From: Terriglobia bacterium
GTDB taxonomy: Bacteria; Acidobacteriota; Terriglobia; 2-12-FULL-54-10
NCBI GenBank assembly: GCA_963666975.2
Contig: CAXVYR010000004.1
Coordinates: 1,376,001 to 1,440,000 of the forward strand
Reading direction: 5' to 3'
Length of the DNA: 64,000 nucleotides
This document shows, one piece after another, positions 1-12,829 of the stretch (the stretch's first letter is position 1; each line of letters starts with the position of its first letter). The notes under the pieces were generated by a model that was not told the origin of the DNA, ran no database searches, and was given only the letters and a program-made list of their open reading frames with translations. A program made the translations under genes and the position numbers.

Positions 1-2029
<2,029 letters not shown>

Positions 2030-2045
2030 AATTTTCCCGATCATA

Positions 2046-2858
2046 ATGAGCACAACAATTCTGGAACAGAAGGCGGAACAATTGGCCGGAAACTTGGTCG
2101 GCCTCGGTTCCACGCTGGTGGCCTATTCTGGCGGAGTGGATTCGGCCTACCTGGCCTGGGCGGCGCGGCAGGCGCTGGGCGACAATATGCTGGCCGTGCT
2201 GGCCGATTCGCCCAGCCTGGCCGGGTTCCAGAAAAAAGACGCCATCGAGTTCGCACGCAGCTTTGGGATTCCCCTGGAGCTGGTCCGCACCGAGGAGTTT
2301 CGCAATCCCGACTACTCGGCCAACGCCCCGGACCGTTGCTTTCACTGCAAAGAAGAGTTGTTTGAAAAGCTCGCGCAAATCGCCGGGCAGCGCGGTTTTG
2401 ATTCGATTGTCTACGGGGTGAACGCGGACGATACCGGCGATTTCCGCCCCGGACATCGCGCGGCGGCAGGGCATGGCGTGCGCAGTCCGCTGCTCGAAGC
2501 GGGACTCACCAAGGCGGAGATTCGGGAGCTGGCGCGGCAAGCCGGCCTGCCGGTTTGGGACCGCCCGGCCTCGGCCTGCCTTTCTTCCCGGATTCCTTAC
2601 GGAACTCCGGTGACGATTCAGAATATCAAGATGGTTGAAAACGGCGAGGACGAAATTCGGGCGCTCGGCTTCCGTCAGTTCCGCGTGCGGCATCACGGAG
2701 ACTTGGTGCGGATCGAGATCGCACCGGAGGAGTTGTCCAAGGCCCTTGATCCTCAGATGGCGCAGAGGTTCCGGGAGATCTTCAAGCGGCTGGGGTATAA
2801 GTACGTGACGCTCGATCTCGAAGGCTACCGCACCGGCTCGCTGAACGAAGTGCTGTAG
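2046..2858 (+). CDS. larE: LarE-like ATP-dependent sulfur transferase (PP-loop)
   Basis: AYSGGVDS PP-loop, RCFHCK, DFRPG, ACLSSRIPYG, DLEGYRTGS. Confidence 0.9.
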   Translation: MSTTILEQKAEQLAGNLVGLGSTLVAYSGGVDSAYLAWAARQALGDNMLAVLADSPSLAGFQKKDAIEFARSFGIPLELVRTEEFRNPDYSANAPDRCFHCKEELFEKLAQIAGQRGFDSIVYGVNADDTGDFRPGHRAAAGHGVRSPLLEAGLTKAEIRELARQAGLPVWDRPASACLSSRIPYGTPVTIQNIKMVENGEDEIRALGFRQFRVRHHGDLVRIEIAPEELSKALDPQMAQRFREIFKRLGYKYVTLDLEGYRTGSLNEVL

Positions 2859-2881
2859 AAACGCAATCCCGTTAGCTGGTC

Positions 2882-3511
2882 ATGGCAAAGCAGACACCAA
2901 TTAGTGTGGCAGAAGTCATACACCGGTTGCGACTGTTCAATGAGAAAGCCGAGAAATTGAGCCGGTTGTCTTTCGCCAGCAAAGCTTTCTCTGAAGGTGC
3001 GGGCGCCACATTGCAATACATTTCTGAACATAGACGAGCGATGATCGAGAAGCGGGGTGCGGATAAGGAATCTACTGATGCCCTTGACCTGACTCTTCGT
3101 CTCTTTCTGCAACCACGAGATGGCATCCAGTTGGAACAAATCGAGAGCTTGTATCAACAGATGCCTTTGCCAGACGAAGACAAATACTGGGTTGCTGAGA
3201 ATCTAAAGGGTCTTCACGCTTTCCTAGAAAGCACAGGCACTCCTGAGATTCGTGTCGATGGCGAGAAGGTCACACATCGAGTGATTCTTGAGGCATTCCT
3301 GTACGGCGATCTAGCCCATGCAAACGAAGACAAAAGGAAGACCTGCGAAATTTGGAAGGCTTTACCAGCGGGTCTGCTCCTTGAGAGCACGTTTGAGTAT
3401 GTTGTTGGAGAATTGATGCGCTTCATGTTCTGGTTGGCAAGGATGAATGACGAAGCCATTCAATTTCTGGATCGCCTTTCAAATCCACAAAGTGCCCAAG
3501 AAGAAATGTGA
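2882..3511 (+). CDS. Hypothetical protein, 209 aa, accessory insert
   Basis: Long ORF with visibly AT-richer codon usage than its neighbours; contains FLYGDLAHAN; no family recognised with confidence. Confidence 0.7.
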   Translation: MAKQTPISVAEVIHRLRLFNEKAEKLSRLSFASKAFSEGAGATLQYISEHRRAMIEKRGADKESTDALDLTLRLFLQPRDGIQLEQIESLYQQMPLPDEDKYWVAENLKGLHAFLESTGTPEIRVDGEKVTHRVILEAFLYGDLAHANEDKRKTCEIWKALPAGLLLESTFEYVVGELMRFMFWLARMNDEAIQFLDRLSNPQSAQEEM

Positions 3512-3564
3512 AAAGTAAGGCCTGTTTCGCGTGCGGGTTGGAGATTCCTCCTTCCGGCGGCGGG

Positions 3565-3814
3565 CTATCCTCTATAGATATCCTTCCGGTGACCGACGGC
3601 CAAGACGACAATTGTGCTCTCGGTCAGATCAAAGACGATTCGATAGTCGCCTACACGAAACCGGTATTGGCCGATCGGAGGATCGAATAATTTCACAGCG
3701 TGCCGCAATGGATCACGGGCGTAGAGGCGGAGCTTTGCTTCCAGCCGGGTTTTGAATCTTCTGTGGGAGCTTCTTCCAGTCTCGCCATGCGGCCGGAGTA
3801 AAGGCGATTTCCAT
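3565..3814 (-). pseudogene. RelE/ParE-family toxin with +1 frameshift
   Basis: MEIAFTPAAWRDWKKLPQKIQ, then a shifted frame RLEAKLRLYARDP...QYRFRVGDYRIVFDL...VLAVGHRKDIYRG; 250 nt = 3n+1; extra base in CAAAACCC near 3746-3753. Confidence 0.85.
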
Positions 3815-3817
3815 CGG

Positions 3818-4021
3818 TTAGCGAAAAGGATGAATCAGCTTGCCGCTCGCTGCGTCCTTCCTTCCTTTCCGAACTTTACGCAGGAATTTCGGTGAGGCGA
3901 GGGCCTCTTGATCCTCAAGATAGTCCTCAAATTGCCGCCACAGCTTTAATGGCACCACCACGACCGGCTCTTTGCCGATGTGGAGAGTCGTTGATTTTTC
4001 GACGATGGTCACTCGGTTCAT
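3818..4021 (-). CDS. Probable type II antitoxin
   Basis: 67-aa ORF ending 3 nt before the relE start; EPVVVVP...EDYLED..LASPKFL pattern typical of RelE-associated antitoxins. Confidence 0.75.
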   Translation of the reverse strand: MNRVTIVEKSTTLHIGKEPVVVVPLKLWRQFEDYLEDQEALASPKFLRKVRKGRKDAASGKLIHPFR

Positions 4022-4068
4022 GGCACATCAATAATACCAGAATATTAGCAGACGCGAGAAATAGCCCT

Positions 4069-5001
4069 TTAGCTCGCGGCGGCCAGAACCTCCCGGCCTG
4101 CCTGTACAGTTCCCACATGTATAGCCACCGTATCGGCCACGCGCGCGGCGTAGCCCCCGGCGAGCGTCGCCGCCACGGGAATGTTCTTCTCGCGGGCCAT
4201 CTGAAAAACCATTCGGTCCCGCTCCCGCAGCCCTGCCAGAGTGAGCGAAAGCCCGCCCAACTGGTCCTCGCAGTAAGGGTCTGCTCCCGCCAGGTAGAAG
4301 ATCAACTCGGGTTGAAAATCCGATAGCGCGCGCTGGAGATTCTGCCGCAGCAGGCGGAGGTACTCCTCATCTCCGCATCCGTCGCGCAGCAGAGGTACTC
4401 CTCACATCGGAGAGACATGACTGCCCGGCGGTTTCTCGAACGGGTAGTTGCTCTCCTGGTGCATGGAGAAGGTGAAGACCGACTCGTCGCGCGTGAAGAT
4501 GGCGGCGGTGCCGTTGCCGTGGTGCACGTCGAGATCGACGGTCATTGCTTTCCCGATCGCTTCTTCAGCCTGGAGCTTGCGTATGGCGATGGCCACGTCG
4601 TGGATTACGCAGAAGCCTTCGCCGTGGCTCGGAAAGGCATGGTGGAAGCCGCCGCCGAGGTTCACCGCAATCCCGTCGGCTAACGCCTGCCGGCCCGCCA
4701 GCGTGGAACCTCCGGCGCAGAGCCACACGGCCCGGATCATCTCCGGCGAGTAGGGAATCTCCATGCGTGCGATCTCCAACTCCGAGAGCGTGCCGGTCTT
4801 CAGCTTGCGCACGTACTCCGCCGAGTGGACTAGCAGCACATCCCGGTCCTGGACCGCCTCCGGTTCCAGAAAATCCGCCTCGCTCGCCAGCTTTTTTTCG
4901 AGCAACGCTTGCCGGACCCGTTTATATTTAACGGCGGGGAAGATGTGCTGCCCCAGATTTAGATCGTATCGGTCCGAATAGATCAGTTTCAGTGGCGGCA
5001 T
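4069..5001 (-). pseudogene. Histone deacetylase-family protein interrupted by an in-frame TGA within a short insertion
   Basis: GGGFHHA, GFC, DLDVHHGNGT in the 5' part; YLAGADPY..D.LGGL and LAGGYA in the 3' part in the same frame; TGA at 4402-4404. Confidence 0.85.
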
Positions 5002-5087
5002 GGGGGAGCCGATTGTAGCATGTGTGATCTGGAGCTTTTCGTGATAGGAATGAGGCGAGGGGTTTGGTATCATAGGGCTTCCCTCCC

Positions 5088-5336
5088 ATGAAAGCCAACG
5101 TTTATGTCAGCCTGAAAAAGACGGTGTTCGACCCCCAGGGAGAAACCATCCGTTCCGCCCTGCGCAGTTTCGGCTTCACTGGCGTGGAAGCGGTGAGGCA
5201 GGGGAAGCATTTCCAGCTTCAACTGGCCGACGGCCTCAGCCCCGAACAGGCACGGGAGCAGGTGGAGCGCATCGCCAGGGAGGTCCTCACCAATCCGGTG
5301 ATCGAGGAGTTCAGCTACCGGCTGGAAGAAGAATAG
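5088..5336 (+). CDS. purS: Phosphoribosylformylglycinamidine synthase subunit PurS
   Basis: V.LK..V.DPQG, VRQGK, LTNPVIE. Confidence 0.95.
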   Translation: MKANVYVSLKKTVFDPQGETIRSALRSFGFTGVEAVRQGKHFQLQLADGLSPEQAREQVERIAREVLTNPVIEEFSYRLEEE

Positions 5337-5416
5337 GGGAGAAAACCCGGGCGGCAGGCCCTCCTGAATGAAAGCGCCGGAGGGCAGACTTACGGCAGAA
5401 GGGGTGAAGAAAAGAA

Positions 5417-7297
<1,881 letters not shown>

Positions 7298-7378
7298 GCA
7301 TTTCCGAGCAACGATCCTGCAAGCGGGGAGAGCAGGTAATGCTTGACGCCGTGGCTTTCCTCACTCAATACTGTAGCC

Positions 7379-7651
7379 ATGCCGATCCGCTACGTTCTCA
7401 GTGAATACTTAGAAAGGGCGATTGCCCAGGCGGACTTTGACAAGCTTGAGGACGGAACTTTCACCGGCCGCATTCCGGGGTGTAAGGGTGTGATTGCCTT
7501 CGGAACCACGCTGGGCGAATGCGCCAGCGAGTTGCGCTCCACACTGGAGGATTGGGTGATCGTCGGTTTGAAGCTCGGGCATCCCCTGCCGGTCATCGAG
7601 GGTATCGACCTCAACAAGGAACCCACGCATGAGCCGGTGGACTCCCTGTAA
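7379..7651 (+). CDS. HicB-family antitoxin
   Basis: DGTFTGRIPGCKGVIAFGTTLGECASELRSTLEDW...GHPLPVI. Confidence 0.88.
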   Translation: MPIRYVLSEYLERAIAQADFDKLEDGTFTGRIPGCKGVIAFGTTLGECASELRSTLEDWVIVGLKLGHPLPVIEGIDLNKEPTHEPVDSL

Positions 7652-7712
7652 GCGAGTGGAAGCCATCATTGATTCTGAGATCACGCTGGACTTTTGGAAC
7701 CGGCTGGCCTGA
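7629..7712 (+). pseudogene. HicA toxin remnant with in-frame internal deletion (27 aa)
   Basis: MSRWTPCKR joined directly to VEAIIDSEITLDFWNRLA; these resemble the N- and C-termini of a HicA family, and the core with the catalytic His is absent. Confidence 0.7.
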
Positions 7713-7715
7713 CCC

Positions 7716-7742
7716 CTGGCTAAGAGCGTAACGGTCGAGTAA
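7716..7742 (+). repeat. Second copy of the last 9 codons of glmS (LAKSVTVE-stop)
   Basis: CTGGCTAAGAGCGTAACGGTCGAGTAA vs CTGGCCAAGAGCGTCACCGTCGAGTAG at 7271-7297. Confidence 0.92.
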
Positions 7743-7760
7743 GTGTGTAGAATTGGCCGT

Positions 7761-7877
7761 TTCCGAGCCGCGACCGTGAGGGAGCGGTCAACCAAGCTTT
7801 ACTTGCTCACCCAGCGTTCGGAAACCGCTTGCTTACGCGCGCGGCTCTGACTATACAAGAACTGTGAAAGTACTCTA
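7761..7877. repeat. REP-like inverted pair, copy 1
   Basis: CCGAGCCGCGACCGTGAGGGAGCGG ... CCGCTTGCTTACGCGCGCGGCTCTGA; near-identical ends recur at 42661-42839. Confidence 0.85.
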
Positions 7878-7880
7878 AAA

Positions 7881-8471
7881 ATGCAAAACCGCGAACGTTT
7901 GAAGGAAATCCTCTGCCAAAAGTCGATCCGCAAAGGGGGTACTTTTACCCTCGCTTCTGGGAAGAAGAGCGACTACTACGCCGACGTCAAGCTGACGACG
8001 CTCGACCCGGAAGGCTCCCTTCTCGCGGGGATGGCGGTCTTGGAGGTCTGCAAAACGCTCGCTCCTTATCCGAAAGCGATCGGAGGATTGTCGATGGGGG
8101 CCGATCCCATCGTGCCCGTGGTGGCTGCGCTGAGCCACCAACAAGGCGGCCCGCCGGTGGCTGGTTTTCTGGTCCGCAAAGAGCCGAAGAAACACGGCAC
8201 ACGAAAATATCTGGAAGGCTACCAGGGTCAGGCGGGCGATCCGGTGGTGATTGTCGATGACGTCTGCACCACCGGCGGGTCAACGCTGAAGGCCATCGAG
8301 CAAGCGCGCGAGGCCGGCTTTCAGGTGATCGCGGCTGTTTGTATCGTGGACCGGGAAGAGGGAGGCAGAGAAAACATCGAGAAGCATTGTCCCTTTCATG
8401 CCCTCTTTACCGCCCGCGAGCTGTTGGCGACGCTGGAAATGGAACACTCCTCTGGCCGGATTATCCCTTGA
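7881..8471 (+). CDS. pyrE: Orotate phosphoribosyltransferase
   Basis: FTLASGKKSDYY, VRKEPKKHGT, PRPP-binding VIVDDVCTTGGS. Confidence 0.95.
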   Translation: MQNRERLKEILCQKSIRKGGTFTLASGKKSDYYADVKLTTLDPEGSLLAGMAVLEVCKTLAPYPKAIGGLSMGADPIVPVVAALSHQQGGPPVAGFLVRKEPKKHGTRKYLEGYQGQAGDPVVIVDDVCTTGGSTLKAIEQAREAGFQVIAAVCIVDREEGGRENIEKHCPFHALFTARELLATLEMEHSSGRIIP

Positions 8472-8508
8472 ATCTTCTCAGGAAGTGCTGAGAATAAAGT
8501 AGCTTCAT
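8461..8508 (-). pseudogene. 15-codon N-terminal stub of a toxin gene coupled to the AbrB antitoxin
   Basis: ATGA overlap with the antitoxin stop; MKLLYSQHFLRRFKG* resembles the start of a RelE/ParE toxin. Confidence 0.5.
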
Positions 8509-8792
8509 CGCCCGGCACGGTTCAATTTCTTTGCCCGGCGGAGCTTCTTCACGTTGCGGTGGAGTGAAGCAATCATCTCCTCGGCGGTGTCAAAAGGACC
8601 GTAAACACGGCCTTTCTTGTAGTCCTCCAGACTTTCAGCGATTCCTCGATCAATAATAGCCTTGGGTACGAAGGTCAGCTTCCCCCGCTCGACCTTGGCC
8701 TCCAGCAGATCGCCGACTTTGATTCCCGCCTGCTTGCGCACCTTGGCGGGGATGACAATCTGGTATTTGTTTTTGACCGAGACAAGAGGCAT
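8505..8792 (-). CDS. AbrB/MazE/SpoVT-family antitoxin
   Basis: VKNKYQIVIPAKVRKQAGIKVGDLL; C-terminal GRVYGPFDTAEEMIASL. Confidence 0.88.
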   Translation of the reverse strand: MPLVSVKNKYQIVIPAKVRKQAGIKVGDLLEAKVERGKLTFVPKAIIDRGIAESLEDYKKGRVYGPFDTAEEMIASLHRNVKKLRRAKKLNRAGR

Positions 8793-8910
8793 AAAGGTAT
8801 ACTCCCAGTTGGTTGGACAGATGAATAGTTCAACAGTTCATCTTTCTAACACAAGCTTACCGGGCTGTATGGGACCTGTCAAGCAGACTAGGCTTTGACG
8901 CTCTCCCCCC

Positions 8911-10302
8911 TCACGGCTTCTTCTCGACCAACCCCGGAATGGGCACGGGCAGCGTCTCGATGTTCTGCTCCATGGCCTGAATCAGCGCGGCCTTCACAAC
9001 AGGCCGGTGGCGAAGGAAGACCAGCGCGGCGGCGATGCAGACCGCGCCCCCCATCGCCACCGTGAACGGAGCCCCCATCTGATCGGCGAGCCATCCCGCC
9101 ATCAGGCTGCCGAACGGCGTCATCCCCATGAACATCATTCCGTAGAAGCCCACCACGCGGCCGCGCAGAGCGTCCGGCGCAATGGTTTGAAGCGTGGTAT
9201 TGGTCGCGGCCATCTGCACCGTCATGCCGAATCCCGCCGGCACCAGGAAAAGGGCGGAAAGATAGAAGTTCCGGGAGAAAGAAAACAGGATCAAGGCCAC
9301 GGCGTAGCTAAGCGTCGCGGCTGTAATCATGCGGCTGAGTCCCCGCATGCCCGGCCGGGCCGCCATGTAGATGGAACCCAGGATAGCGCCCACGCCCATG
9401 GAACTCATCAGAATGCCCAGCGCTCTGGGTCCTCCGTGCAGAACGCTTTCGGCGAACACCGGCATGAGGATCAGGATGGGATAGTTCATGATGCTCGCCA
9501 CTCCCAGCAGCAGCAGCAGCGCGCGCGAGGGGGCGTGATGGCGGATATAGTTCCAACCCTCTTGGAAGTGCTCAAACGGAGAGGGGTGCGGCTCGCTCGG
9601 CGGGGGCGGGGGCAGGCGCATCATCATCAGGCCGATAATCACGCTCAGAAACGTGAAGCCGTTCAGCAGAAAGCAATAGCCTTCGCCGATGGCGGCCAGC
9701 AGCACGCCGGCTACGGCCGGTCCCAGGATGCGTCCGCTGTTATAGACGCTGGAGTTCAGGCCGATGGCGTTCATCAGGTCCTCTTTGCCGACCATCTCCA
9801 CCAGGAAGGACTGCCGCGCGGTCATGTCAAAGACGCTGACCACGCCCAGGAGCAAAGCCAAACAGAAGATGTGCCAGACCTCCACCGCCCCGGCCAGGGT
9901 CAGTCCGGCCAGCAGGAAGGCCTGGAGCATCGCCAGGATCTGCGTCACGGTAATCAGCCGCCGACGGTTGACCCGGTCGGCCACCACGCCCGCCACGGGA
10001 GACAGCAGCAAGAAGGGAATCTGGTTGGCGAAACCTACCAGTCCCAGCATGACCGGGGAGCCGGAAAGCCGGTAGACCAGCCAGCTTTGCGTCACCATCT
10101 GTACCCATGTGCCGGTCAGGCTCAGCAACTGTCCGCCAATAAACAAGCGGAAATTGCGATGCCGCAGGGCGCGCGTGACCCCCCCCCATCTCGACGACAA
10201 AGGCTGCTTGGGCTTGCTGCCGGTTGTCTGTTGTGGAGCGTCCAAAAACTTGCTTCTCCGCTGTTTGGTTGTTCGGATGTCCGATCCGGACAATCGAATC
10301 AA
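8911..10302 (-). CDS. MFS transporter (start codon uncertain)
   Basis: ALRHRNFRLF, GVVADRVNRRRL motif A, about 12 hydrophobic segments. Confidence 0.92.
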   Translation of the reverse strand: MIRLSGSDIRTTKQRRSKFLDAPQQTTGSKPKQPLSSRWGGVTRALRHRNFRLFIGGQLLSLTGTWVQMVTQSWLVYRLSGSPVMLGLVGFANQIPFLLLSPVAGVVADRVNRRRLITVTQILAMLQAFLLAGLTLAGAVEVWHIFCLALLLGVVSVFDMTARQSFLVEMVGKEDLMNAIGLNSSVYNSGRILGPAVAGVLLAAIGEGYCFLLNGFTFLSVIIGLMMMRLPPPPPSEPHPSPFEHFQEGWNYIRHHAPSRALLLLLGVASIMNYPILILMPVFAESVLHGGPRALGILMSSMGVGAILGSIYMAARPGMRGLSRMITAATLSYAVALILFSFSRNFYLSALFLVPAGFGMTVQMAATNTTLQTIAPDALRGRVVGFYGMMFMGMTPFGSLMAGWLADQMGAPFTVAMGGAVCIAAALVFLRHRPVVKAALIQAMEQNIETLPVPIPGLVEKKP

Positions 10303-10426
10303 CCATTATAGCTGCCGAACCGAAGCTGGCTGCATACAGACTGCGCGAGCAACTCAAAACCGACTGCGCGGTGCTATGCTAAAGTGAAATTGCCAAGAAG
10401 AGAGAAGCGAAAGAGGTAGAAAACCG

Positions 10427-11956
10427 ATGCCAGTGCGCGTGCGCTTTGCTCCCAGCCCAACCGGAGAACTGCATGTGGGAAACGCCCGCACCGCTCTGTT
10501 CAACTGGCTGTTCGCGCGCCGGAACCGGGGCGTGTTCGTTTTGCGGATAGAGGACACGGATGTGGAGCGCTCCGAGGCGCGATACGAAGGGCAGTTGATG
10601 GAGGATCTGAAGTGGCTGGGCCTCGACTGGGAGGAGGGGCCGGATTGCGTCGGAGACTGCGGACCTTACCGGCAGTCGGAGCGGCTGGGGCTCTACCAGC
10701 ATTACGCTCAGGAACTGATCGCCGCCGGAAGCGCCTACTATTGTTTCTGTTCACCGGAGGATCTGAACAAAGAGCGCCTGGAGGCGCAGGCGGCGGGCAG
10801 CCAGCCGAAGTACTCCGGAAAGTGCCGGGTGATTCCTCCTGCTGAGGCAATCTCGCGAAAGAAAGCCGGCGAGACGGCCTCCGTGCGGCTGCGCATACCC
10901 GACGAGCCGCTTCGATTTGACGACTTGGTCGGCGGTATGGTGGAGTTTTCCCCGGATGTGATTGGCGATCCCATCCTGCTGCGCTCCAGCGGCACTGCCG
11001 CCTACAACTACGCCGTGGTGATTGATGACGGCCTGATGCAAATCTCTCATGTCATTCGGGGCGACGACCATATTTCCAACACGCCTCGCCAGGTGGCCGT
11101 CTACCAGGCCCTGGCCCGCCTGCCGTCGCCGGCCACCGACGGCTGCGACTGGCGGCTGCCACAGTTCGCTCATCTATCGACCATCCTGGGGCCGGACCAT
11201 ACGCGGCTCAGCAAACGGCACGGCGTCACCTCGCTGGCGCACTTCCGGGAGAGGGGAGTTCTTCCGGAAGCGCTGGCCAACTACCTGGCGCTGCTGGGAT
11301 GGGCGCCGAGCGGAGGGGACCGGGAGATCTTCAGCCTCCCGGAGCTGGTCGAGGCTTTCAGCCTGGAGCAAGTCTCGCGTAGCCCGGCGATCTTTGATTC
11401 CGTCAAGCTCCATTGGATGAACCGCCACTACCTGAAGCAGAGCGATCCCGAGCGGGTTCTCGATCTGGCGATCCCTATTTTCCGCGCCGTCGGGCAGATC
11501 GGCGAGTCACCCGGTGAAGACTTGCGGCAGTGGTTGCGGGAGGTGGTGGACCTGTTGCTGCCTGCTGTGGACGACCTCAGCCAGCTTCCCGAACAGGCTG
11601 GGGTAATATTTAACTATGACGCCGCAGCCAGTATCGCGAACGAGGAGAATCAGCAGGTGCTGGCGGAACCCAGCGCACGCCAGGTGATTGAGGGGTTTGC
11701 GAAGCTGGCGCAGCAGGACGGAGAACTCACCGTAGAGCGGTTCCGAGCCGTGCTCGACCAAGTGAAGAAAACAACCCGGCAGAAGGGGAAGAGCTTGTTC
11801 CACCCGGTTCGCATCGCGCTCACCGGCTCGCCCTCCGGCCGCCAACTGGACCGGCTGGTTCCGCTGCTCGAAGCGGGCAGCCGGCTGAAGTTGCCCACGC
11901 CGGTGAAGAGCTGCCGCCAGCGTCTGATGGAGTTCCAGCAGGCGTGGCAGAGATAG
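10427..11956 (+). CDS. gltX: Glutamate-tRNA ligase
   Basis: RFAPSPTG, HVGN, LRIEDTD, YRQSER, RGDDH, LSKR. Confidence 0.97.
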   Translation: MPVRVRFAPSPTGELHVGNARTALFNWLFARRNRGVFVLRIEDTDVERSEARYEGQLMEDLKWLGLDWEEGPDCVGDCGPYRQSERLGLYQHYAQELIAAGSAYYCFCSPEDLNKERLEAQAAGSQPKYSGKCRVIPPAEAISRKKAGETASVRLRIPDEPLRFDDLVGGMVEFSPDVIGDPILLRSSGTAAYNYAVVIDDGLMQISHVIRGDDHISNTPRQVAVYQALARLPSPATDGCDWRLPQFAHLSTILGPDHTRLSKRHGVTSLAHFRERGVLPEALANYLALLGWAPSGGDREIFSLPELVEAFSLEQVSRSPAIFDSVKLHWMNRHYLKQSDPERVLDLAIPIFRAVGQIGESPGEDLRQWLREVVDLLLPAVDDLSQLPEQAGVIFNYDAAASIANEENQQVLAEPSARQVIEGFAKLAQQDGELTVERFRAVLDQVKKTTRQKGKSLFHPVRIALTGSPSGRQLDRLVPLLEAGSRLKLPTPVKSCRQRLMEFQQAWQR

Positions 11957-12017
11957 CGCGCGCCGAGCCAAGACGAAAGCCGGGCGCCAATAGCGAATTA
12001 TTGATCGATAAATCATA

Positions 12018-12776
12018 ATGAATCAGTCATTGGATACCATCTGGGGCATCCACGCCGTCCGGGAAGCGATCCAGAGCCGGAAGCGGCCCATCGAGCACGT
12101 GCATTTTCAGGAAGGCTTGCGCAACTCGCGCTTGCTGGAATTAGTCCGGGACTGCCGCTCGCGCGGCATTTCTCTGCGGTTCGATCCTGTTCGCGCGCTC
12201 GACCGGCTGGCTCAAGGCGGGCGCCATCAAGGCGTGGTCGCCGTCGCGGGAGCCTACGGATACGTGAGTCTTGAGAGTCTTCTGGAGCCGGAGCCTTCGA
12301 ACGCGCTGCTGTTGCTGCTCGACGGCGTCGAAGACACGCACAACCTGGGGGCGCTGATCCGCACGGCCTGCGTCGCCGGGGCCGACGCCGTGGTGCTGCC
12401 GGAAAGGCGGTCGGCGGGCCTGACCCCGGCGGTGGCCCAGGCGGCGAGCGGAGCGGTCGAGCACGTGCCGGTCGCCCGGGTCGGCAATCTGTCGCGGGCA
12501 GTCGAGACCTTGAAGGAGCACTCCTTCTGGGTCTTTGGCCTGGATGAACGCGGCGATAAGAATTATCACCAAGTGGACTATCGCGGCAACTGCGCCCTGC
12601 TGGTGGGAGGCGAGGGGAAAGGTCTGCACCAGTTGCTGCAGAAGCAGTGCGACTTTCTGGTCCGCATCCCTGCCGAGGGGAAGATTTCCACGCTCAACGT
12701 CAGCGTCGCCGCCGGGATTGTGTTGTTCGAGGCCACACGGCAGCGGAGGAGTGCACATCGTGGAAAGGAATTGTAG
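12018..12776 (+). CDS. rlmB: 23S rRNA Gm2251 methyltransferase (SPOUT family)
   Basis: HQGVVA, LDGVEDTHNLGALIRTA, GGEGKG, LNVSVAAG. Confidence 0.93.
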   Translation: MNQSLDTIWGIHAVREAIQSRKRPIEHVHFQEGLRNSRLLELVRDCRSRGISLRFDPVRALDRLAQGGRHQGVVAVAGAYGYVSLESLLEPEPSNALLLLLDGVEDTHNLGALIRTACVAGADAVVLPERRSAGLTPAVAQAASGAVEHVPVARVGNLSRAVETLKEHSFWVFGLDERGDKNYHQVDYRGNCALLVGGEGKGLHQLLQKQCDFLVRIPAEGKISTLNVSVAAGIVLFEATRQRRSAHRGKEL

Positions 12777-12829
12777 TGCAAAGTTCAAAACGCGAGTTGA
12801 ACTGATGCTAGAATCAACACGGTTTTCCA

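Noticed and set aside
4402-4404. In-frame TGA in the deacetylase gene as a second selenocysteine
   Set aside because: It lies inside a duplicated insertion, not at a position where I expect a conserved Cys, and has no redox motif
5088-5336. purS without purQ/purL, and aceE without aceF/lpd
   Set aside because: Dispersal of these genes is common and partners may lie outside the window
7298-7880. Tn7 insertion at attTn7
   Set aside because: No tns genes, TGT...ACA ends or TnsB repeat arrays seen
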